This document shows, piece by piece, positions 17,597-24,923 of a stretch of DNA of 39,234 nt. Under the pieces are notes generated by a model. It worked only from the letters and a program-made list of their open reading frames with translations, was not told the DNA's origin and did not search any database. Made by a program: the position numbers and the translations under genes. Numbering within the stretch: the first letter of the stretch is position 1; the number at the start of each line of letters is the position of its first letter. Source of the DNA: a bacterium (GTDB lineage: Bacteria; SAR324; XYD2-FULL-50-16; JBNMNM01); contig JBNMNM010000002.1 of assembly GCA_051275585.1 (NCBI GenBank), positions 1-39,234 of the forward strand, written 5' to 3'.

Positions 17597-18571
17597 TTAG
17601 TTATTAAGCTTTGTAAGAGAAAACTTATTAAGTTTTTTGTTAATTAAAAGGTTTTTTTCTGAAGCAGTAACTTCAATTTCTTCACCATTTAGGTAAATTG
17701 ATACAATGTTACCTGTTGAAATAGTTAATTGATACTGTGTTTTTGCAGGCCATTCATATGATTGACCACCTCTTACTTTAAATTCAAATGCATCTTTATT
17801 ATCTATTTTTAGTCGAACCCAGCCTTTTGCTTTACCTTTTAATAAAAGACTAAGAGGCTTAATCGCTACTTTTTTTTTAGTTGCTGTTTTTGAACTTTGG
17901 CTTATTTGGTTAGTTGTAGCCTGTGAGTTCTGACTTGTTTGGTTATTTGTAGCCTGTGAGTTCTGACTTGTTTGGTTATTTAGAGTCTGTGAATTCTGGT
18001 TTGTTTGGTTACTCTTAGTCTGTGAGTTCTGGTTTGTTTGGTTACTCTTAGTCTGTGAGTTCTGGTTTGTTTGGTTACTCTTGGTCTGTGAGTTCTGGTT
18101 TGTTTGATTATTCTTGGTCTGTGAGTTCTGGTTTGTTTGATTATTCTTGGTCTGTTTAAATTCTTTTGGTTTCCAAACAGTGAAATAAAGAATTCCAATC
18201 AAACAAAGAATTCCAATTACAATCCCAATAATCCAATAATTTCCTTTAGGTTTTTGGATATTATCAATATTACCATTTGATGGACTTTGATTGTCAGATA
18301 GAGCATTATGGCCATAGATTTTATTAAGTTCGGAAATCATTTCATCACTATCTAGATTCAATAGTTTTGCATAATTGCGAATGAAACCACGAACAAAAAC
18401 TAAGCCAGGTAATTCTTCTAAATCACCTTGTTCAATATTTTTTAAGTTTCCTGGTGAAATCCTAGTGATTTCGGCAACTTGAGTTAATGTATAGGAACTC
18501 TCTTCTCGCTTATTTTTTAGCTCTGTTCCTATTTTTGCAAAGCTTTTTACTGCCTGCGCTCTTCCCATCAT
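17597..18571 (-). CDS. rodZ: RodZ-like cytoskeleton protein (XRE HTH, TM helix, N/Q/S/T-rich linker, DUF4115-like C-terminal domain)
   Basis: 324 aa. N-terminal HTH (LTQVAEITRISPGNLKNIEQGD...PGLVFVRGFIRNYAKLLNLD). One TM helix (YWIIGIVIGILCLIGILYFTVW). C-terminal domain (WVRLKIDNKDAFEFKVRGGQSYEW...SIYLNGEEI). This is the RodZ architecture. Confidence 0.8.
   Translation of the reverse strand: MMGRAQAVKSFAKIGTELKNKREESSYTLTQVAEITRISPGNLKNIEQGDLEELPGLVFVRGFIRNYAKLLNLDSDEMISELNKIYGHNALSDNQSPSNGNIDNIQKPKGNYWIIGIVIGILCLIGILYFTVWKPKEFKQTKNNQTNQNSQTKNNQTNQNSQTKSNQTNQNSQTKSNQTNQNSQTKSNQTNQNSQTLNNQTSQNSQATNNQTSQNSQATTNQISQSSKTATKKKVAIKPLSLLLKGKAKGWVRLKIDNKDAFEFKVRGGQSYEWPAKTQYQLTISTGNIVSIYLNGEEIEVTASEKNLLINKKLNKFSLTKLNN
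17908..18157. repeat. 33-bp in-frame tandem repeat, about 7.6 copies, inside rodZ
   Basis: Units start at 17908, 17941, 17974, 18007, 18040, 18073, 18106 and 18139 (the last is partial). Units 18007-18039 and 18040-18072 are identical and the flanking units diverge progressively. Each unit encodes 11 aa (NQTNQNSQTKS-like). Confidence 0.9.
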
Positions 18572-18595
18572 AATTAAGTTACTTGAAATATAGGT

Positions 18596-19720
18596 TTATT
18601 GAGTAAAGATTGAAAACTCTAAGTTTTGAAGAAGTTCATTTTGATCAACTTGATTTGCTGATATGCAAAAATGATTGAATTCCCTTCTCAAGGTGTATTG
18701 ATTTCTTAGTTGATCAAAATATATATTCGTATGTTTTTGATCATAAATTTTCTTTAAACTGAAATTGTTTTCCAGAAGATTACATACTTTCGGAAAAACG
18801 TCACTCCAAGTTTTAACCCTATTTAAAAAGTAAATTGTTTCTTTTTCTTGAACCAATGAAAGTTTTTGAGAACTCCATTGAGGTTCTATTTGAAGAAACT
18901 GGCAAATTGATTGGTATGCCATTTCTGTTGCATTTATTTTTCCTTCAAGAGTGTAACCAGCAATATGTGATGTTGCAATATCAGCTAGTTCTAGTGTTGT
19001 TTTTGAAATGATAGGCTCGTTTTCCCATACATCAAAAACTAATCCTTCAAATTGCTGTGCATGTTTGTGTAAAGCCTTTTCATCAATAACACCACCACGA
19101 GCAGCATTAAATAGAATAATTTTTTTTGATAATTGCTGGAAAAATGTATTGTTAATTAAGTGTTTTGTTGGAAATTCACCAGCTTGTGTTAAAGGAGTAT
19201 GAATTGTAACAATATCAGATTTCTGAGCAATTTCTTCTAATGATACAAATGCATCACTATTTTCTTTTTTTTCTCGAATAGGATCATTAAGTAAACATTG
19301 TAAGCCAATTTTTCTTGCAAGAATCGCTACATTTTTACCAACACAACCAACACCAATGATGCCAATTTTTTTTCCTGATAAAGAAATTTGTTTTTTTTCT
19401 GCTAGAAATAATAGACATGAAATCACATACTCAGCAACAGCTTGAGCATTAGAACCCTTTGAAGAGGCAAATCCAATATGATTATCTTGTAAATAATCAT
19501 GATCAATATGATCTGTACCACTTGTTGCTGTTGCAACAAATTGGATTTGTGAGTTCTGAAGTAATACCTGATTAACCTGTGTTATTGATCGAGTAACTAA
19601 AATTTGAGCATCACTTAACAACGAAGAAGTAATTTTTCGTCCATCACATAAAACTACTTCTCCAAGCGTTGAAAATGCTTCCTGTGCAAAAGGTATTTTC
19701 TCATCAATGATTAATTTCAT
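18596..19720 (-). CDS. pdxB: erythronate-4-phosphate dehydrogenase
   Basis: 374 aa. The N-terminus MKLIIDEKIPFAQEAFSTLGEV...VTRSITQVN..LL....IQFVATATSGTDHID closely parallels E. coli PdxB as I remember it. Has the 2-hydroxyacid dehydrogenase NAD motif GIIGVGCVGK. Confidence 0.9.
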   Translation of the reverse strand: MKLIIDEKIPFAQEAFSTLGEVVLCDGRKITSSLLSDAQILVTRSITQVNQVLLQNSQIQFVATATSGTDHIDHDYLQDNHIGFASSKGSNAQAVAEYVISCLLFLAEKKQISLSGKKIGIIGVGCVGKNVAILARKIGLQCLLNDPIREKKENSDAFVSLEEIAQKSDIVTIHTPLTQAGEFPTKHLINNTFFQQLSKKIILFNAARGGVIDEKALHKHAQQFEGLVFDVWENEPIISKTTLELADIATSHIAGYTLEGKINATEMAYQSICQFLQIEPQWSSQKLSLVQEKETIYFLNRVKTWSDVFPKVCNLLENNFSLKKIYDQKHTNIYFDQLRNQYTLRREFNHFCISANQVDQNELLQNLEFSIFTQ

Positions 19721-19729
19721 TGAGTACCA

Positions 19730-20923
19730 TTAAGTTGTATAATCAGCATTGATAGTAATATACCCATGACTTAAATCACAGCTCCAACCAGTTGATGATA
19801 TATCGCCATTATGCAAATCAACAGTTAAGAAAATATCATCCGCCTTCATTGCTTCTGATAATTCTTCACGGTCAAAAGGAACGGGTTCTCCTTTTGTAAA
19901 TACAGGTATTGCTTGAATTGTAACTGAAATTTCTAAATGATCAGGAACCTCGAAACCAGCAAGTCCATTTCCAATTGCCATTAAAATTCGACCCCAATTA
20001 GGGTCTTGTCCATGAATTGCTGTTTTTACTAATGGAGAATTAAGGACACTATGAAGAATGCTGTTAGCAAGGTCTAAATGAGAGGCATTTAAAACGGTTA
20101 ACTCAATAAGATGTTTTGCTCCCTCACCATCAGCTGCAATTTTTTTAGCAAGACTAATTGTAACTTTTTCAAGAGCATCTTGAAATGTTTGCTTTGCCTG
20201 TTCAGATAGTTGATCTGTTTGTGCTGATGAAATTAGGTAGAATGAGTCATTAGTAGATGTATCACCATCAACAGTAACCTTGTTAAAACTTCGGTCTGCT
20301 GCTTGAACTGTGATTTCTTGAATTTCTGATAATGGTAATGGAAAATCTGTCATCACATAGGATAACATTGTCCCCATTTTAGGTTGGATCATCCCTGAAC
20401 CTTTAGCCATTCCAACAATTTGATATTGCTTTCCATCAATTTCGAAAGAAACACTATCTGTTTTTAATTTTAAATCTGTAGTTAAAATAGCTTTCGCAAA
20501 TTTTAATCCATCATGATTTAAACGTTCAACAAGTGTAGGAATTGCTTTTTCAATAATCTCAATTGGAAAACGTTCTCCAATAATACCAGTTGAAGAAGTA
20601 AGTACTTGCAATGGAGAAATCTTTAACAGTTCTGAAACTGCATTCACCATTCCTAAGTTTCCTTCAACTCCTTGATGACCTGTTGCAGCATTTGCATTTC
20701 CTGAGTTGACGATAATTGCTCGGATTTTATCTGTAGGTGTTAATGCTCGACAATATTCAACATGAACAGAGGGAAATTTATTTTGTGTATAAACAGCTCC
20801 TACAACCGCATCATTTTCAACAAAAATCAGGCCTAAATCTTTATTTTCACTTTCTTTAATTCCAGCAATGATTCCTGAGCATTGAAAGCCTTTTGGAAGT
20901 GGAATTGGTGTATTTGTAACCAA
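19730..20923 (-). CDS. argJ: bifunctional glutamate N-acetyltransferase / amino-acid acetyltransferase
   Basis: 397 aa. PKGF..SG..AGIK at the N-terminus and the autoproteolytic site region ...GMIQPKMGTMLSYVMTD (ATML-type). TTG start at 20923 with an AAGAGG Shine-Dalgarno (complement of 20929-20934). Confidence 0.93.
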   Translation of the reverse strand: MVTNTPIPLPKGFQCSGIIAGIKESENKDLGLIFVENDAVVGAVYTQNKFPSVHVEYCRALTPTDKIRAIIVNSGNANAATGHQGVEGNLGMVNAVSELLKISPLQVLTSSTGIIGERFPIEIIEKAIPTLVERLNHDGLKFAKAILTTDLKLKTDSVSFEIDGKQYQIVGMAKGSGMIQPKMGTMLSYVMTDFPLPLSEIQEITVQAADRSFNKVTVDGDTSTNDSFYLISSAQTDQLSEQAKQTFQDALEKVTISLAKKIAADGEGAKHLIELTVLNASHLDLANSILHSVLNSPLVKTAIHGQDPNWGRILMAIGNGLAGFEVPDHLEISVTIQAIPVFTKGEPVPFDREELSEAMKADDIFLTVDLHNGDISSTGWSCDLSHGYITINADYTT

Positions 20924-21327
20924 AATAACCTCTTAGCAGAAAAATCTTAACGGATTTTACCAGTAGCAGAAAAACGATATTTTATAGATTCAAAGGCAAT
21001 AATATCACCATCTTTTAAATATAGTTCTCCAACTCTTTGACCATTCACAAAAGAACCTAGTTCACTGTTTAAATCAACTAAAAAAATCAGGCCTAAATCT
21101 TTATTTTCACTTTCTTTAATTCCAGCAACGATTCCAGAGCATTGAAAGCCTTTTGGAAGTGGAATTGGTATATTTGTAACCAAAGAAAAATCTTAACGGA
21201 TTTTACCAGTAGCAGAAAAACGATATTTTACAGATTCAAAAGCAATGATATCACCATCCTTTAAATATGTTTCTCCAACTCTTCGACCATTAACAAAAGA
21301 ACCTAACTCGCTATTTAAATCAACTAA
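20822..21327. repeat. head-to-tail segmental duplication (260 bp and 246 bp) spanning the argJ 5' end, the spacer and the 3' end of the FHA gene
   Basis: 20822-20924 matches 21082-21184 with 3 mismatches in 103 nt (period 260). 20939-21081 matches 21185-21327 with 12 mismatches in 143 nt (period 246). The 14 nt at 20925-20938 are present only in the argJ-proximal copy. Confidence 0.9.
20947..21183 (-). pseudogene. duplication-derived chimeric ORF: ArgJ residues 1-34 fused to the last 44 residues of the upstream FHA protein
   Basis: 78 aa, intact frame. The N-terminal half equals the ArgJ N-terminus with 2 aa changes. The C-terminal half equals the end of the 286-aa FHA protein with 3 aa changes. 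TTG start with no Shine-Dalgarno. Labelled pseudogene provisionally; see the findings for evidence on both sides. Confidence 0.6.
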
Positions 21328-22053
21328 CTTGTATTTACCTGCGATTCTGTCGATTTTTGCATGACGAGAAGAAAGAGATTTGGTTTTATTTACTAAATCG
21401 TTTGTGTCAGAACATCCGATAAATGTTAAATTTTTCGTTAAATAAAAAGTCTTTTTTCTTCCATCAGCAGGAATCAAAGTTGGGCAATTCCGTAACATTT
21501 TCCCTGTAACTTTACTATTACGAGGAATTTGTTCATATCCATGAGGGTTTTCTTTTCTTTTTTGATTTGGATGAACATACATTAATGTTAATTCACCCAT
21601 ATCAATAATATCACCATGATTGAGCAAAAAACGACGGCTTCTTCTTCGATTAATTAGGATTGAATTTTTAAAATTCTTATCCTCAACAAGAAGACCATTT
21701 GGTTTCATTGAAAGGGTAATTTTTGATAAATTACTATATACGTTTGTATTTTCATCAGCCAATGCTTCAACAACAGCTTCCATATTGATCGCATTCTGAT
21801 CAACACCAAAAAAATTTGTTAGTCGATGCGGTGTTATTGATAAAAATCCAATTTCTTTATGTTCCTTTTTTTGAAAAATGTTTCGTGCAGAAAATAAACA
21901 AACACAAAATAATGCTAATAAAGGAAAAATATATAGAATATTATAATGGTTTCCTGAGTAAGTGAATATTTCACCTTTTGCAAAAATTGTAGAAGAACTC
22001 AGGGACGAAATAATGCTAATGAAAAATTGAGTAAAAACGATTTTTTTTTTCAT
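21193..22053 (-). CDS. membrane-anchored FHA-domain protein
   Basis: 286 aa. N-terminal signal-like segment plus a TM helix (ILYIFPLLALFCVCLF). Canonical C-terminal FHA domain (FIGCSD...SSRHAKIDRIAGKYKLVDLNSELGSFVNGRRV....LKDGDIIAFESVKYRF). The central segment (...LLVEDKNFKNSILINRRR....LNHGDIIDMGELTLMY) may be a degenerate second FHA-like fold; that reading is tentative. Confidence 0.8.
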   Translation of the reverse strand: MKKKIVFTQFFISIISSLSSSTIFAKGEIFTYSGNHYNILYIFPLLALFCVCLFSARNIFQKKEHKEIGFLSITPHRLTNFFGVDQNAINMEAVVEALADENTNVYSNLSKITLSMKPNGLLVEDKNFKNSILINRRRSRRFLLNHGDIIDMGELTLMYVHPNQKRKENPHGYEQIPRNSKVTGKMLRNCPTLIPADGRKKTFYLTKNLTFIGCSDTNDLVNKTKSLSSRHAKIDRIAGKYKLVDLNSELGSFVNGRRVGETYLKDGDIIAFESVKYRFSATGKIR

Positions 22054-22090
22054 TGGAGTGATTAATTTTCCTAACTTTTAAAATAATTCA

Positions 22091-22966
22091 TTATTTGGGT
22101 TTCTGACAGTATTGAAATAAAGCACTACCAATTTTTAGAATGTCACCATTTTTAAGTGCTTGTTCTTCAATCGGCCGAAAGTTAACAAAGGTTCGACTGA
22201 ATGGGTCATTATCAAGAAGTGCAAAATCTTCATCATACTGAATTAACTTTGCATGTGTTGGATTTACATATTGAAAAGAATTTAGATGAATATCATCATT
22301 ATCTTGTGATCCAAGACAATGAGTTAGTTCTGTAAGTTCAAATTCTAGGCCTTCTATTTTTCCATTCAAAGCACGTAACCAAGTCTTTCTATAGTGAATT
22401 GAAAGGTAGATTACTCCAACAGAAAATAAAACACTGAAACTAATTAAACTAAATCCTCTAGTAATAAATGCTGATGATGTAATCCATAAAACGATTGGAG
22501 TAAAAATTGCGGTAATTGTACTTGCAATTAATCCAGCATAAATTCCTCTGGAAAACATAATCTGTTTTTTTTCGATAAAACCGACAGCAAGTCCAATAAA
22601 AATACCAATACTTATCCAACGTTGAGCATGAAGAATAATAGTAGAAATTGAACTATCATGAATCATTTGACTGGAATTCAGGACTAAATTGGCAAAACCA
22701 AAACTAAGAAATCCACCAAGAGCTCCTAATAGAGAACCAATAAAAGCTCCACGTTTTAAGAGGAGTATATTTTGGTGAAAAAATCCATTAGAACTACCTA
22801 AGACAAGTCCTAAAATAGTACCTAATAAAGTTCCTGATAAAATGGTAGTAACTGCTTGGGAAAGTTGAAACAGGCTTTGTATAAATAAAAAGATATCAAC
22901 AATAAGCCAAGCACCAAAACCAGTCGCTAAGCCTATTAACAAATTGGGTTTTAGCAGTTTGTTCAT
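22091..22966 (-). CDS. polytopic membrane protein with C-terminal FHA domain
   Basis: 291 aa. About 6-7 Gly-rich hydrophobic helices (for example GTLLGTILGLVLGSSNG, GAFIGSLLGALGGFLSFGFA). The C-terminal FHA-like domain reads LGSQDNDDIHLNS..VNPTHAKLIQYDEDFALLDNDPFSRTFVNFRPI.....LKNGDILKIGSALFQY. Confidence 0.78.
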   Translation of the reverse strand: MNKLLKPNLLIGLATGFGAWLIVDIFLFIQSLFQLSQAVTTILSGTLLGTILGLVLGSSNGFFHQNILLLKRGAFIGSLLGALGGFLSFGFANLVLNSSQMIHDSSISTIILHAQRWISIGIFIGLAVGFIEKKQIMFSRGIYAGLIASTITAIFTPIVLWITSSAFITRGFSLISFSVLFSVGVIYLSIHYRKTWLRALNGKIEGLEFELTELTHCLGSQDNDDIHLNSFQYVNPTHAKLIQYDEDFALLDNDPFSRTFVNFRPIEEQALKNGDILKIGSALFQYCQKPK

Positions 22967-22989
22967 TATTATTGTTTTAAAAAATGAGA

Positions 22990-23015
22990 TTCCTAGAGTA
23001 ATTAAACTCTAGGAA
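22990..23015 (-). terminator. candidate intrinsic terminator/attenuator after ftsZ
   Basis: Perfect 10-bp stem TTCCTAGAGT / ACTCTAGGAA with a 6-nt loop, 8 nt downstream of the ftsZ stop. On the minus strand it is followed after 5 nt by T6 (complement of A22979-22984). The next gene starts at 22966. Confidence 0.5.
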
Positions 23016-23023
23016 GGTAAGGA

Positions 23024-24433
23024 TTATAAGCCTCTTTTACGCCGAATAAACGTTGGAATATCGTAATCAACTTCCTCTTTTCCGTTTTTCTTTTTAGGCT
23101 CATTATTTTTTAAATGAGGAGGGTAGTGCAAAGATTTTTCAATTGGTTTGATAAATCCTTGATCTAGCTCTAAAACTTCTTCTTCAGTATTTGTTGTTTT
23201 TCGTTCTACTTTTTCTACTCTTTTCTCCTCTTTTACTTCAAGAGGAGGTTTCTTTTCTAGCTTTTCTTCAACTTTTTCAAATACTTTTGGAGTAATTTCA
23301 ACTCTTTCAACTACTTTTTTTTCTTCTAAAGAAGAGTTTAGACGTTTAGGAGAAATTATTTCCTCAGCTACTACTGGGGAATTTTTTTTTTTAAGGCTGT
23401 CACCAACTCTTAATGTGTGCTTATCCGATGTTAAATCAAGTTGTTCATCAGATTCTTTTTCAAAACCTGTTGCGATTACAGTCACCGAAACATAGTCAGC
23501 TTTATCATCATCTTGAACAAAACCAAAAATGATATCAGCATCAGCATCAGCAGTAGTTTCAATCAATTCAGCAGCTGCCTGAGCATCTAAAAGAGAAAAA
23601 TTCGGATCAGCAACAATATTAATGATAACTCCAGTAGCACCACTAATTTGAATGTCATTTAATAATGGACTTGAAATAGCACGACGGGCTGCTTCTAAAC
23701 CTCGATTTTCACCAGAAGCAGTTCCTGTACCCATAATCGCCCTTCCTTTATTTGACATGACTGTTTTCACATCAGCAAAATCGAGGTTGATTACTCCTTC
23801 AAGATTAATTAAATGAGTAATTCCACCAATAGCCTGTTTAAGTACTTCATCTGCCATTGAAAAAGCTTCTTGCATTGTAGTCTGTTGAGACGCAATATCA
23901 AGCAACTTTTGATTTGGAATTACCATTAAAGTATCGATATGTTTTTTTAACTCTTCGATACCTTCATTTGCAATTCTAGCTCGTCTTTTACCTTCGAACT
24001 TAAATGGAGTTGTTACTACACCAACGGTTAAGATTTTCATCTCTCTGGCAATTTCAGCAATAATAGGAGCGGCACCAGTACCTGTACCACCACCCATTCC
24101 AGCCGCAATAAAAACCATATCAGCGTCTTCAAGTGCTTCTTTCAAACGCTCTTGGTCTTCTTCTGCTGCCAGTCGACCCACTTCGGGCTTCATTCCAGCA
24201 CCCAAACCTTTTGTTGTTTGAGCTCCTAATCCAAGTCGAATAGGTGCGAGAGAGGTGCGAAGAACCATTTCATCAGTATTTGCTACTATATACTCTACAC
24301 CTTCAACAGCATCAACAATCATGCGGTTCACAACGTTTCCACCGCCGCCACCCACACCAATTACTTTTATACTGGTTTGTCCTATTTCTTTACTTTCGGT
24401 CTGTTCTTCGACACTACCAAAATCTATTCCCAT
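23024..24433 (-). CDS. ftsZ: cell division GTPase FtsZ
   Basis: 469 aa. Tubulin signature GGGTGTGAAP and the GVGGGGGNVVNRM motif. A long E/K-rich linker and the conserved C-terminal peptide DIPTFIRRK. Confidence 0.97.
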   Translation of the reverse strand: MGIDFGSVEEQTESKEIGQTSIKVIGVGGGGGNVVNRMIVDAVEGVEYIVANTDEMVLRTSLAPIRLGLGAQTTKGLGAGMKPEVGRLAAEEDQERLKEALEDADMVFIAAGMGGGTGTGAAPIIAEIAREMKILTVGVVTTPFKFEGKRRARIANEGIEELKKHIDTLMVIPNQKLLDIASQQTTMQEAFSMADEVLKQAIGGITHLINLEGVINLDFADVKTVMSNKGRAIMGTGTASGENRGLEAARRAISSPLLNDIQISGATGVIINIVADPNFSLLDAQAAAELIETTADADADIIFGFVQDDDKADYVSVTVIATGFEKESDEQLDLTSDKHTLRVGDSLKKKNSPVVAEEIISPKRLNSSLEEKKVVERVEITPKVFEKVEEKLEKKPPLEVKEEKRVEKVERKTTNTEEEVLELDQGFIKPIEKSLHYPPHLKNNEPKKKNGKEEVDYDIPTFIRRKRGL

Positions 24434-24923
24434 AGTAGCCTTACTAAATTGATGGAAATTTTATAATTAAACTTATAACTCCACTCATAAAATCAAGACT
24501 AGTGTTATACTTTATGAAATACAAGGTTTTTTCTTATCTTCAAACGATTGAGTTAAATCCCTTCCTGAAGGAATATAACCCTTGAAGGGTTTGTAGCTTT
24601 AATTAAACCCAATAAAAATGGATTTACCACATTATTTTCTAACCATAATACTAATGTAAAAGTACTTTGATTTTTAAAACCCTAATGTTTTGCTCTTACT
24701 TTTTGATTTTTATACGTAATAAATTTTATTTGAATTCCTAAAAATAACATTACAATTTTCAAGCAATGTTTGAGGCTTTAACTTTTTGTTGATAGCTAAA
24801 ACCATATTCTAGAAAAAGTAACAAAAATTCGATGTGTTTTGAATAACCAAACCTATAAATTATAAAATCTAATGTGAAACTGCCTATAATATCGTACTTT
24901 GTCTATAACTTGAAGTTAGACTA

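Noticed and set aside
17980-18198. 72-aa ORF made of repeated 'RPRIIKQTRTH' units inside rodZ.
   Set aside because: It is an alternative frame of the 33-bp tandem array. The repeat keeps every frame open. The rodZ frame is supported by the flanking HTH, TM and C-terminal domains.
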